Shown piece by piece: positions 1-24,805 of a stretch of DNA of 64,000 bases; positions within the stretch are counted from its first letter, which is position 1; each line of letters begins with the position of its first letter. Source of the DNA: Amoebidium appalachense (lineage: Eukaryota > Protista > Ichthyosporea). The stretch spans positions 8,421,937-8,485,936 of the forward strand of contig CAVNZM010000011.1 in NCBI GenBank assembly GCA_963693365.1, in the 5' to 3' direction. The translations under genes and the position numbers were made by a program. Under the pieces are notes generated by a model that saw nothing but the letters and a program-made list of their open reading frames with translations, was not told the origin of the DNA and made no database searches.

Positions 1-345
1 CACATACACATGCAAAAACACACGCTCATGCACACACAGATAGTCACACACTCATATACGCATGCACATGCACACACACACATACACATGCAAAAACACA
101 CGCTCATGCACACACAGATAGTCACACACTCATATACGCATGCACATGCACACACACACATACACATGCAAAAACACACGCTCATGCACACACAGATAGT
201 CACACACTCATATACGCATGCACATGCACACGCACACATACACATGCAAAAACACACGCTCATGCACACACAGATAGTCACACACTCATATACGCATGCA
301 CATGCACACACACACATACACACATGCAAAAACACACGCTCATGC
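1..345. repeat. 78-bp minisatellite (about 4.3 near-perfect copies) in a Sla2/HIP1 intron
   Basis: The unit cacatacacatgcaaaaacacacgctcatgcacacacagatagtcacacactcatatacgcatgcacatgcacacaca recurs every 78 nt. It explains the repetitive ORF 10..879. Confidence 0.9.
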
Positions 346-653
346 ACACACACAAACCACATACACACACACACTCTCTCTCACCGACAACCACCCCCAC
401 ACCCACCCACAATACACAGCCACACATGCGCACATAATTCACACATGCGCACATATTACCTCCCCCGTTCATCCCCCCCCCCCCCCCTACCCCAACCACC
501 CACCCACCCACCCATCCACCCCCCTACCCACTCAAACACATACACCCACCCACCCATCCACCCGCCCACCCACCCACACCTACACCCGTACCCGCACCCA
601 CATCCGCACACACCCAAACCCACACACACACACACACCCACACACAAAACCCC

Positions 654-699
<46 letters not shown>

Positions 700-713
700 A
701 CGCATACACACAC

Positions 714-12225
<11,512 letters not shown>

Positions 12226-12297
12226 CCTGGGTTAAAGAAACACGCTGTGTTAATAGCACCCTAAACCCTGAAGCTGAATCCTAAACCCAGTCGTGTT

Positions 12298-12347
<50 letters not shown>

Positions 12348-12933
12348 CGTGCGCGCGCATGTGTATGTGCGTGTGTGGGGGGGGGGGGGGGGGTATGTGT
12401 GTGTGTGTGTGTGCGTGTGTGTGTGTGCGTGCGTGCGTGCGTATGTGCCTATATGTGTGTCTGTGTATTGTGTGTGTGTTTGTTGACTGATGCGTGTGCG
12501 CATAGAGTTATTTGCCCTAATCTACTAAAACCGTGTGAGAGAAGTGTTCCGTGTGTTCGCACGAACATCGTGTGCATGTTGTGCACACAAAATGTGTGGT
12601 TTGCCTGCTTGAGTACTGTGTGTGCGACACTAACTCCTTTTTATATGTTTCGTCGACAAGAAATGCAGCCAGGCTCACACTTCACGCACACCTGTCTGAC
12701 ACAACCCCTGACGCAAACTCAAGGATTCCCCCCTCCTCCTCCTTCCCCCCCCCCCCCCCCCCCCCTCCGCCTTCCCCCCCCACCCTTCCTCCCACCCATA
12801 CACACACACACACACACGCACAGACACACACATTCACATACACACACATGCGCGCTCGCGCGTGCACACACACACACACACACACGCACGCACGCACGCA
12901 CGGAACGCACGCACGCACGCACGCACGCACACG

Positions 12934-12980
<47 letters not shown>

Positions 12981-13399
12981 ACGCACACACACACACCCTC
13001 CGCTGCCCTTGCCACAATTTCTCCAACAACCACACCAGGTCCTGTAAGAACGTACCTCGTTGATGTATGACAGTGCAAACCCTCGCCCTCCGTAAAATCC
13101 TCGGTATTTCTTGCTGCTAAAGCCTTCTTCGTAGTGCTGGTCGTTCAAGTTCTCCTCCTGCTTTATAAAACCAACCCTCGTAATTTCGACTCAGAGTCTG
13201 GTAATCAGATCTGTTGTGTCACATCAAGCAAGAGTGGCACTCGGTCCGCAAAAGCTGGCCCTTTCCACTCCTGAACCTCACTTACACAAAAGCGATATTT
13301 TCTTCTCTATTAGCTCATTAAGTTTAGCACATTGACCATACAACAACGACATCGGAGCCACATACACAACGGAACAAAAAAAAAAAAAGCACAGCGCCG

Positions 13400-13430
<31 letters not shown>

Positions 13431-13639
13431 GAATTGGAAGTGCAAGGAAGTTGAGGGAATCTAAGTTGGACCAATCACGAATGCTCTTTTTGCGCAAACT
13501 TGCGTACGTGGTGCATTTTGCACCAATCATCCTTCGGCTGCAAGGGAGAGGCTCACGGGGGCGGCTCACTGGCTACTCACTAGTCATTTTTGCACAGGAT
13601 GGCTGTGCTTTGGCCTCAGTACCTTTTCGTAAAAAAAAT

Positions 13640-13994
13640 TGGACCATGTTGGAACAGCCCCAAGTGAATTCACCCAGTTTACCCAACCAATCTCAAAGAG
13701 TCTTGATAGCAGAATCATGTAAGGACCAAACTATCTTAATAAGAAAATTCACCAGCTACTAAGAATACTGTGCACTTGGTATGAGTGGGCCAGCCAGCTC
13801 AACATGTGCGCCAGGCAGATTAAAGAAGAGTGTAGAAGTGCATGGTGCATCCGTACAAATCTACTTGGAAAAAACCCACGTGTTGTACAACAAGAGAACA
13901 GGAGAGAACATGATGAAGAATATTTAAGATTAGACATGTGCGTTACCAGGGAAAGAACTCGAAAGAGTGAGTGCACCAGTGTGGATGTGGATGT

Positions 13995-14034
<40 letters not shown>

Positions 14035-15650
14035 GAGAGAGAGGGGGGGGGGGGGAGGGGGGGGGGGGGGGGGGGGAGGTGAGTGCGTTCGTGGTTGTAC
14101 GTCTGGGGGGTCGGGATTGGTGGAAAAGTGTGAAGTACAACCCGCGAAAGCAAGAGGAAGGAACCTTAACATAACAAACAACACAAGCAGATCCTAAAAA
14201 GTAAACAAAAGCAGATCCTAAAAAGTAAAATCGCTGCCCAGAAATTCTTCATTTGTACAACGTTTCCGAGCTCGCCTTATCACTCGGACTAATCCACCCA
14301 TTTACGTTTTCTCACCATTTCCTGCGCTCTCCGCACCTTGACCACTCCATGCTCCCCCAAAGCCGCTATGCACGTCCCATTACTAGTAACCACCCTCATC
14401 CCCCGTGGCCACCATTCCTTGCTGCTCCATAGTTCCAATTTGGCCCCCCGATTCGCTGCCATGTTGCGCCCAACGGTACATCTCAGGGTGAAGTGTGTGA
14501 TACTGTCACCCGTCACGCACGAATTCGACACCGAGAACGTGTCCGGCCCGTGAAACTGAAGTTTGGCGACCTGGACAAAAAAGACTTCACTGAGTAGCCT
14601 GGCAGGGACTTTAACGGCACCCGTCTCATCCCACGATGTATATGAAACCTTGAAATAGTTGCCCATGAAGGAAATGTCTCGAAAGATGAAGATAACCATC
14701 AGCTGCTTCCTGTCGAGCCAAAAGTCCGACTCTACACTCTCAGACCCGCACGTGCAACTATACCGGCCCCTTCCTAACCTGCCCTGGAAAACGAAGTATT
14801 TGCCTTTCGACTTTTTCACGGCAAACGCTTCCATGCCGTCGCTGTGTTTGAATTCCAGGGGCCCATCGGAAACGGGCTCGTCCAGAACTCTCTTCCAAAG
14901 CAGAACCCCACTGCCAATGTCATGCGCAGACAGCTGCTTGCCACCCCCACACAACACAATCAACCTTTCGCCGCCAACCAGCGAGCACCCATCCAGCTGC
15001 TCATTCTTGAACACACAACTTCGCGTGAGTGTTGCGTCCTCTGAGTGGTAAAAAGCCAAAGTAAACCCATCTCCGTCCTGATAGCGACCGACGATGTACT
15101 CTCCCGATCCATCCAAGCTGAACCCAACGGTTTTGCCGAGCCTACGTTTCTCCATGGGCCAGGAGTGAATACTCTTTCCAGTAGTTGTATCCCACAAAAC
15201 GGCCGCATATTCCCCCCCATCGCAGCATGTAACAAGCCGGGTTGCACCTAAACACACACGAGCTGTGTGTTCTTGCTTGTAATCGCGGCATTCCAGATTC
15301 CCCCAAAACAAATCAGCAACAGACGACGCTCGTGGCACCTGCCTCCACGGCAACCCGTAAAATCGGAACTCCCCTTTGAGCGAAGATAATCAAGAACATG
15401 CTCGAACAAAAGGGGCGAGCGAACAATGAGCACAGACCCGTCTTCTTGCGTTTGAATCGCGTGCCGCCAACTAAACGTACATGGCCGCAAGCATGCTGTC
15501 AGGAATGGCGCATAATGTTTGGCGTGTGGTGTGAAAATGGCGGCCCCCCACGTCTAGCACAATGCGGTCTAGCCGGATTAGCGATCAGCTGACGAACCGC
15601 CTCGCGCTCTGCCAGAAAACGCTCCCTGGAGTTGTTGTTTTTTTTTTTTT

Positions 15651-15681
<31 letters not shown>

Positions 15682-16285
15682 GGTGGAGGAAGGGGAGAGG
15701 GAGAGAACGGGCAATTTGTTAAAAAAGGCGATATATAAACTAGATTGGGGGAAGAAGGCATGATGTAGAATGGGGGATGAGAAATCGTCCCAAGTGACGA
15801 CAGGAAAGGAACGTTGCAACAAGGATGTAGAAAAAGGGCCTGGCGGTGGGAGGGGTAGGGGGAAGAAGAGGGGAGGGGGAGGGGGGGGGGGGGGGGGGGG
15901 GGGGTCCGGACGGAAGCAAAGAAAGAAACAAGGAGGAGGACGACATGAGAAGAGGAAACACGGAGGAGTTGTTACCAGAAAGCACATCGTATGAGCGAAG
16001 CAAAACAACGAGAAGAACAAGCAGACACGATATACAGAAGGACGCGACAAAGTGCACTTGGCCACTGCAGGGGCGGGGAGGGGCGCGGGGTTGGGGGTGG
16101 GGACGTACGGTGGGGGGGAAGGGGGGGGGGGGGGGGGGGGGGGGGGGGGAGGGGGGGGGGGGGGGGGGGGGGGGGGGAGAGATTGAGCGAATAGTAGTAA
16201 GTGGGGACAAGACGTAAAGGAAAAGAAGCCGTGCAAGCATGCACGCACACGCGCGGCGCCGATCCCGCACACACACGTATACACG

Positions 16286-16318
<33 letters not shown>

Positions 16319-16490
16319 CTTTCTTCTGTCAGTTTCAGCTTTTCTGCCTGCACCCGCGCTGCCTCCTGCTCCAAAGCAACCTCCCTCTCACAAAACTCTC
16401 GAGCAATCTCTTGTATGCGCCCAAGCACGTGCGTTGCTTCGGCACCGAGTGCCTCGCTGGCTGTAAAAAGTTCACGAAAAGTCATGTTGG
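13640..16490. repeat. About 3-kb segmental direct duplication of about 20640-23660 (BTB gene plus 3' flank)
   Basis: The coding region, the intron and the downstream non-coding flank are colinear between the two blocks (e.g. atgagtg..ccagccagc, ctact.ggaaaaaa, aggaccaaa). Confidence 0.8.
14289..16485 (-). pseudogene. Coiled-coil + KCTD-type BTB/POZ + beta-propeller-like protein, copy 1 (disrupted)
   Basis: Exon 1 is 16485-16319 (MTFRELFTASEALGAE..EER) and exon 2 is 15625-14289. BTB motifs [25 protein letters not shown] and [21 protein letters not shown] are present. The frame is broken by a +1 near 15571, an indel near 15475 and a deletion of about 50 bp near 15371 relative to copy 3. The C-terminal 354 codons are still open. 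Confidence 0.8.
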
Positions 16491-16812
16491 CCAGGCTCAG
16501 CTGATGTGAACAAGAACCGTTACGTTGAACATGTGAGGTGTGTCCATAGACCTATAGCTACAAATACAAAAAAAAAGTTTTTATAAAACAACAAAAAAAA
16601 AGTAGGAATATAAAACAATAAAAAAAGTAGGAATATGGAGATAAACTAACACGTACTGACGTGTTGCCGCACGTGCGACGTTTAACATCTACGTCCCTTT
16701 TAAGTTTATAAAAATAAAAAAATAAATAAAAAAAAAAAAAAAGGAGACACCGCCTCAGTAGGTGGTAGGGAGATAAACACATCTCAGTGAACGTTCACAT
16801 GCACGAGTCAAC

Positions 16813-17506
16813 ATGACCTCTCGCGAACTTTTTACAGCCAGCAAGGCACTTGGTGCCGAAGCATCGGACGTCCTTTGGCGTATACAAGAGGTTGCACACG
16901 AGCTGTGTGAGAGGGAGGAGGCTTTGGAGCAGGAGGCGGCTCGGGTGCAGGCAGAAAGGCTGAAACTGGAGGAAGACAGGTGTGTGTGTGTGTGTGTCTG
17001 TGCGTGTGTGTGTGTGTGTGTGCGCGCGTGTGTATTTGTGTGTGTGTGCGTGCGTGCGTGTGAGTGTGCGGGCGTGCGCGTGTGCGTGCATGCTTGCACG
17101 GTTTTGTTTCTTCTTTGTTTCGTGTACCTGGATGTGCCATTTGCTCTGCAGCCCCCCTCCCCCCCCCTCCCCCCCCCCTCCCCCCCCCCCCTCCCCTCCC
17201 CTCCACCCTTCCCCGCCCTACCCTCCTACCCACTTCCCCGAATGGTCGTGTGTGCTTTATCGCGTCTTCCTGCATGCCCGTTTCTAATTCTTTTTCTCTT
17301 CGTTTTGTCTTGCTTCCATACTGTCTTGAGCTTTCACGTAACCGGCCCCCCCTCCCCCCCCCTTTCACCCCTCAAAAACCACACCCCACTCCCCTTTCTC
17401 CCTCCCTCCCTTACTCGCGTCCTCCCTTCATACATACTGTCACCCTCGTTTCCTCTATTCATCTTTCCTTCTATTCCTCCCTCCTCATCGCGCACTCTCT
17501 TCTTTC

Positions 17507-17546
<40 letters not shown>

Positions 17547-19290
17547 TTCTCTCTCCCACTTCCATGCCCTTTATCTTAACCCTTGTCCCATGGTGTTTTT
17601 CACGTAACCTCTTTGCACGACTTTCTTAACATTCCCAGTTCCACCTCACACAATCTCCCCCTTCTAGTTTATTTTTCGGTATTTTAACACAGTCCCACTC
17701 TCCCCTCCCCTCCCCCCCCCCCCCCCCCCCCCCTTCGCCACCCACCCACCCATCCCCCCCCCCCCCCCCTCCCCCCTCCCCCCCCCCCCCCAAAAAAAAA
17801 AAAAAAAGAAAAGAAAAAACAGTCTCCAGGTTGCATTTTCTGGCCGAACGCGAGGCTGCCGGTCAGCTGCTTGCAAACCCGACTGATCGCATTGTCCTGG
17901 ACGTGGTGGGGCGTCATTTTTCACGCCACACGCCAAACATTATGCTGCTTTCCAAACAGTATGCTTGCGGCCATGTTCAGTGGGCGGCACGCGATTCAAA
18001 CGCAAGAAGACGGGTCTGTGCTCATCGATTGCTCGTCCCTTTTGTTCGAGTATGTGCTTGATTATCTTCGCACCAAGGGGGAATATCATTCCATGTCCCG
18101 ACAGATGAAAACCTACAGGCGCGTCTTCAGGAAGAGTTTCGGTTTTACGGGTTGCCGTGAAGCAGGCGGCGCAGGCATCAGTCGCTGACTTGTTTAGGGG
18201 AAGTTTGGAGTGCCGTGAGTACACGCAAGAACACACAGCTCGTGTGTATTTAGGTGAGACGCGTCTAGTTACTTGCTGTGAGAGGGGGGATTATGCGGCC
18301 GTTTTGTGGGATACAACTACTGGAAAGAGTATTTACTCCTGGCCCATAGAAAACTGTGAGTTCGGCAAAGTCATTGGTTTTCGGATGGATGGAACGGGAG
18401 GATACATCGTTGGTCACTATCAGGACGAAGATGGGTTTACGTTAGTTGTATACGACGCCGAGAACACAACAATCGCACGGAGTTTCAGGTTTGTGAATGA
18501 CATGTTGGATGATAACCTTCTGATTGGCGGCGAAGTTGATAGTTTTGTGTGGAAGCGGCACGCGGCTGTCTGCGCGTCAACATGGACTCTGGGCATGTTC
18601 TGTGGGAGAGGGTTCTGGATGAGCCCATTTTAGATGGTCCCTTTGACTTCAAACACAACGAGAATTAATATGGACGCGTTTGTCGTGAGAAAGTCGACGG
18701 GCAGATACGTTGTTTTCGATGGCATTTCAGGGAGGGACCTGTACGATTGCGCCTGCGGAGAGCCTCAGGAGGATCCGGAGAGTGCGCGTGCGGATTTTTG
18801 GCTCGAAGGGAGGCAGCTTCTAGTTGTTTTCCCACGCCTGCAGGATGGCTTTTCCGGGGTTAGCTACTACAAGGCGTACTATGCATCCTGGGACGAGACA
18901 GGTGCGGTTAAAGTCCCAGCAATGGAACTCAAAGATCTCTTGTTTCTCTGCGTGGCAAGCTTCACGGGCCGTATATACCATCTTAACGCAATATGCAAGT
19001 TTCCATGGCGAAAGTATCACGTTCTTCACCTTGCGTTGCCCAAATGTTCGCGAAGTGGTGGCGAGTCGGGGAACTACCCTGGAACTTGGCAATATGGTTG
19101 AGTGGCATTTTAGTGGGATGAGCGTGGAGCAAGGCCTCCTAAATGGTGTGCTATTTAGGAGGCCTTGGCGTGGAGGCTTGTAATGCGACGGGCATAGCGG
19201 CTCTGGGGAGGGGCGGAGAGGCGAGGGTTTGGCGTGTAGAGAAAAGGCCACTGGGGAGGAAATGTTGATAATTATTATGGGTGGATTGAA
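16813..19290 (+). pseudogene. Coiled-coil + BTB/POZ + beta-propeller-like protein, copy 2 (several frameshifts)
   Basis: Exon 1 is 16813-16979 and exon 2 starts at 17830. The homologous protein is spread over ORFs 17831, 17871, 18157, 18634 and 18824 in different frames, ending at gtggattga (19290). Confidence 0.8.
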
Positions 19291-19594
19291 GCTCAGACGT
19301 GAAAATGGACAGGTTTACAAAAATCTCTGGTTGGCTTTCATTTTGTGCAGCTTCAAGGTGCGAGCTAATATTAGGACCTAGCTAGGGAACGGTTGTATTC
19401 CGGTTAGAATAATTCTCACACTTGGTATTTGGCTGGTCCTTTTCTTACTGGTGTACACGTATTGTTGTGTGCTTATGTCTGTAGGCACCGAAATCTATGC
19501 TTTATATACATGTACAGTTGCTGTTTAGTCGTAAAGACAGCCCCCCCCCCCCCCCCCCCCCCCCCTGGTACTTTTTGACGCATTCAAACCCCCC

Positions 19595-19636
<42 letters not shown>

Positions 19637-20157
19637 AAAAAAAAAGAATTCGAAAAGAAAAGAAAAGAAAAGAAAAAAAACATGGTCCGGTGCTGTGCAT
19701 ATTCTTATCTTTTTGAACGGCCGTTATTCATATTCTTAATGGCACGGGACCCCAAGGGGGGAGGGGACTCCGAGGGGAAGGGGGGCCGGGGGGGAGGGGG
19801 AGGGGGGTCCGGAGCGGGCATGAGTACATGCTTATGTATGAAGGATCCAGCAACGTTTACAGGTCAGTCCGCCATTAAATAAAGAATATCCCAAAATCTG
19901 GCCGTGGGCCTAGAAGCTTTAAAATATCGATTTGGCCGCTAATAGTATTCTTATTGGCGGGTATTCTTAATGGTGCACGTGGCCATGGACGGCATCTGTA
20001 GTACATGCCGCATCGCGCTTGGTATATTGTAACGCCCCTTGTTCAAATTTGTACACATGTTCAACTAGCGCTTGTTCAAATTAAAAGCTCCGTTCCTCCC
20101 CCCTCGCCCACTTGGGGACACCCCCCCCCCCCCCCTTCCCCTCCCTCCCCCCCCCCC

Positions 20158-20188
<31 letters not shown>

Positions 20189-21293
20189 ACACATCACCCG
20201 GGCCCCCCTCCCCCCCCTGAGGCTCCCCCTGGGCCACCGGCCCTTTCCGATGGATCCATATGGACCATTAGAGGCCTCTGCCTGCCCAACTCACCCACAA
20301 ACTATGTGCACAGGCACATCATTTATGTGACGGCACAGTCAGTGACGCACGCGCACACAAACACACAGTGTCACATGTACACACATGTGCGCACACACAC
20401 CAGGTCCTGCTCACAGGTGCACACGTTTAGTCTCTAGAGCCCCATAATGATTCCTATGACTTAAAAACATACCATATGTCGAACTAGTGTCGAATCTAGT
20501 ACTCCTCCCTTTACTGTAGCAATACTAGTATACCATGATTTAAAACTGCACACAGACACACCGTTAAACCTTCCCCGTCCTCCCCCCCCCCCCCCCCCCC
20601 TAGAAGGGAGGACATGCATATGTTGAGAGAATGTGATCACTGCATGAGAGGGGCACATGAATTTCACTCAGCTTGCCCAAGTTGAACCGACAGGTCTCAA
20701 GCGAGTTTTGATATTACAATGGTCTAACCATATTAGGACCAAATATATTATTGTGAAGGTATTTTAACAAATTAAATACGTACGCATGCTTGGAGCTAGG
20801 ATATGAGTGAACCAGCCAGCCCAATTTGTGCAAGAGACGGACTTTGAAGTGACCCAATCGATGTTTTGCCGAAGGGTGTAAACATGTAGATGTGTTAACA
20901 GTGGGTGTGGCGCATGTGTTTTACCTGCTACTAGGAAAAAAAATTAAAACAGGTCTTATGCAAACCAGAGAAGGAAAGAACGTGATGAGAGCGGGTGCAC
21001 GGGTGTGGGTATCGATGTTGGTGTGGATGGGGGTGTACATGTGGGTGGGTGCACGTGGGTGGTGGGTGTGCACGTGTAATCATGTGACAGATGTGAGTGC
21101 ATGCCCGTCACGGTGATTGTATGCATGTGTGTGTACAAGTGTTTGTGTCTCTGGTGGAAAGGCGGGTCGGACACAGTGAAGAAGCGTAAGTTACAAACTG
21201 GAAATGCAAGAAAAATGCACCTTTCCATTACAACAACCGAGAATCTAATAACTAGAAGTAACGTTGCGAGTTGAGTCATCCTACCACTCGAAT

Positions 21294-23441
21294 TCAATCC
21301 ACACGCCTACGCTTTCTCCCCGTTTCCTGCACTCGAGCTCTCCACACGTTTACCACACCACCTATCCCCAAAGCCGCCATGCCCGTCGCATTACAAGCAG
21401 CCATCCTCATCCCATCAGGCCACAATTCCCTGTTGCTATAAAGTTCCAGTTTGGCCCCTCGACTTGCTGCCATTTTGCCCCCAGCGGGGCATCTCAAGGT
21501 GTAGTGTGTGATACTGTCACCCCGGGCCAACCAGAGTGGATTCCACACCGAGAACGTGTCCGGCCCGTGAAACTGAAGTTTGGCACCCTGGTCAAAAACG
21601 ACTTCGTTAAGAACCGTGGCAGGGACTTTAACGGCACCCGTCTCATCCCACGATGTATACCAGGCATAAAACCAGCAGCTGCGCAAGAGGTTGTCCCGAA
21701 GGATGAAGATAACCATCAGCTGCTTCCCGTCGAGCCAAAAGTCCGACTCTACACTCTCAGACCCGCACGTGCAACTATACAGGACCCTTCCTGACCTGCC
21801 CTGGAAAACAGAGTATCTATCTTTCGACGTTTTCACGACAAACGCTTCCATGCCGTCGCTGTGTTTGAATTCCAAGGGCCCATCTGAAATAGGCTCGTCC
21901 AGAACTCTCTCCCAAAGCAAAACCCCACTGCCAATGTCATGGGCAGACAGCTTCGTGCCACTCCCACACAGCACAACCAACCTCTCACCGCCAATCAGCA
22001 AACACCCGTCCAGCTGCTCATTCTTGAACACGAAACTTCGCGTGAGTGTTGCGTCATCTGAGTTGTATACAACCAACGTAAACCCACCTCCGTCCTGATA
22101 GTGACCGACGATGTATTCTCCCGATCCATCCAAGCTGAACCCATTGGCTTTGCCGAGCCTACGTTTCTCCATGGGCCAGGAGTGAATACTCTTTCCAGTA
22201 GTTGTATCCCACAAAACGGCAGCGAATTCCCCCCCGTCGCAGCATGTGACAAGCCGGGTTGCACCTAAATACACACGAGCTGTGTGTTCTTGTTTGTACA
22301 CGCGACATTCCAGATTTCCCCTAAACAAATCGGGAACTGACGACGCTCGTGGCACCTGCCTCCACGGCAAACCGTAAAACCGGAACTCCTCCTGAAGTCG
22401 CGCCTGTAGGTTTTCATCGGTCGGAAGAAACGGGCTCCCCTTTGAGCGAAGAAAATCAAGAACATGCTCGAACAAAAGGGGCGAGCGATCGATAAGCACA
22501 GACCCGTCTTCTTGCGTTTGAATCGCATGTCGCCCGCTAAACATGGCCGCAAGCATGCTGTCAGGAATGGCGCATAATGTCTGGTGTGTGGTGTGAAAAA
22601 TGACGTCCCCCCACGTCCAACACTATGCGGTCAGTCGGGTTTGCGTTTATATGACGAACCGCCTTGCACTCCGCCAGAAAAAGCTCCCTGGAGATGTTTT
22701 TTTTTTTTTTTTTTTTTTTTTTTGGTGGGGGGGTTGGGGGGGGGGGGGGGGGGGGTTTGGGGGCGAGGGGGCGGGGGGGGGGGTTTGGGGGGGAGGGTAA
22801 GAGGGGAGGGGAGCTGGGGCGGGAGAAGGGGCAATATGTTAAAAGCCGATAAATAAACTAAGTTGGGGAAGAAGGCATGATGTAGAATTGGGGATGAGAA
22901 AATCGTGTCAAGTGGTGACAGGAAAAGAACGATGCAACAAGGGTGAAGGAAAAGGGCTTGGCGATGGGAGGGGTGGGCGGAAAGGGGGGGGGAAGGAGGA
23001 GGGGGGGGGGGGGGGGGAGGAGGGAGGGGGGAGGGGGGTGGTGGGGGGGGGGGGGGGGGGGGGAGGGGGGAGACGGAAGGAGAGAGAGCAACGAGGAGGA
23101 GGACGAATTGAAAAAAGAAAAAGCAGGGGAGATGTTACCAGCAAGCACACTGCATGAACGAAGCGAAACAACAAGAAGAACAAGCAGACACGGTATACAG
23201 GGGGGCGAGATAAAGTACATCATTGGAGGTGGGGGTGAGGATGGGGGCGTAGGGGGAGGTTACTGGGCGAATAGTTAAAACAAGGAAAGGAAGCAAAGAA
23301 GAAGAAAAACCGTGCAAGTATGCACGCAAGCATGCACGCATGCACACACGCAGACACACACACACACACACACGCACGCACACACACACACACACACACG
23401 CACGCACGCACGCACGCACGCACGAACGCACATGCACACGC

Positions 23442-23489
<48 letters not shown>

Positions 23490-23654
23490 TTCTTCTGTCA
23501 GTTTCAGCTTTTCTGCCTGCACCCGAGCCGCCTCCTGCTCCAAAGCATCCTCCCTTTCACACAACTTGCGCGCAATGTCTTGTAGGCGCCCAAGCATGTG
23601 CGTTGCTTCGGTCCCTAGTGCCTCGCTGGCTGTAAGAAGTTCGCGCGCAGTCAT
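21294..23654 (-). CDS. Coiled-coil + KCTD-type BTB/POZ + WD40/PQQ-like beta-propeller protein, copy 3 (one +1 frameshift near 22598, otherwise intact)
   Basis: Exon 1 is 23654-23488 and exon 2 is 22687-21294. It reads [12 protein letters not shown][+T][60 protein letters not shown], a classic KCTD BTB. Propeller-like blades follow ([28 protein letters not shown]), with 420 open codons after the shift. Confidence 0.75.
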
Positions 23655-24263
23655 GTTCGCTCGTGCAGACGCATGAACAGGTGTGTTTTATTGGTAACGT
23701 TGCACACGAGAAAGGGGTGACAATGTAAAGGGCAGTTAGTCTACAAAACCGCACCCCTACCGCATCTTTTATCGTGATGGAATGAGGCCTCGAATCCCAG
23801 AGGAGGGCGCTTGCATGACGTCACGGGCCTCAGGGAGGTGTGTGTGTGTGTGATCATGATCATCGTGACGTTTGTGTGTGTGTGTGGGGGGGGGGGGGGG
23901 GGGGGGGGGGGCAAGTTCATGCATGCATCAGAAGGGAGTGGTTGCCAATGGAAGTATGGACGTGGATGCATCGATTGCAAAAGACAACTGACACAAATTT
24001 GACTTGACTTGGATACAATATTGGACGGAGCCTCCTGTACGTACACATGTACACCCCCCTCCCCCCCTCCCCCCCCCCTCCCCTCCCCCCCCCCCCCTCC
24101 CCCCTCCCCCCTCCGAGGAGGAGGCCCCCGGGGGCCGTGCACCGTACACCGTGCCGCATGCAAGCATGCGCAAAAAAAAAAAAAAGAAGAAGAAGAAGCG
24201 GAAGAAAAACTTCAAGAAGAGGAACAAAGGAAAAAGTGAGCGAGAGAAGCCTTGGGGATCCAT

Positions 24264-24325
<62 letters not shown>

Positions 24326-24512
24326 ATATGGACGAGACACAAAAAAAAAACAAATATTGTATGTCAATATTACACTAAACAGTCAAAAAAGACTTTTATT
24401 CAAGATATTCTCGACCCGTACGCGTCCAAAAATTATAATAGCCACTGAATAGCAGAAAACCATTGCAACCTTTGCAACCGATGTTTATAAGACATCGTAT
24501 TTATATAATAAC

Positions 24513-24652
24513 CTTCACAAACATGAACAAAAATGACAGAGCATATATGGCTTAGCCAGGCCGCAAGCTAGAACTTCAAGACTTCACAAACATGAACAAA
24601 TATGTCAGAGCATAAATGGCTTATATAATAGCCGGGCCGTAAGTTAGATCTT
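24513..24652. repeat. Two-copy tandem repeat (unit about 70 bp)
   Basis: cttcacaaacatgaacaaa.atg.cagagcata.atggctta...gcc.ggccg.aag.taga.ctt occurs twice. Confidence 0.8.
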
Positions 24653-24805
24653 GTTAAGCAAGTCTGGCGTCTACGTCATGGTAGACTAGCCGGACATAAT
24701 TATAGGTCAGCCAGAGCAGACTGCCTATAAAAAAAAAGTCCCCAGCCAGAGGCTCGAACATGGGTGCTATAGGACAGCGACTGCTATATTTTATGACACC
24801 TATAC
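24652..24805. repeat. Direct repeat A (internally deleted copy of 27259-27460)
   Basis: agcaagtctggcgtctacgtcatg.tagact..gccggacataattataggtcagccagagcaga...gacagcgactgctatattttatgacacctatac. It lacks about 45 bp present in copy B. Confidence 0.9.

Noticed and set aside
1-345. Regularly spaced repeats as a CRISPR-like array
   Set aside because: The units are contiguous and near-identical with no unique spacers, and the context is a eukaryotic intron.
13056-13352. Upstream exon-like segments ([13 protein letters not shown]; MSLLYGQ..) as N-terminal Sla2 coding exons
   Set aside because: Splicing them to the 12226 acceptor is out of frame with the ANTH ATG and hits a stop. They are more likely 5' UTR or uORF, which cannot be resolved without RNA data.
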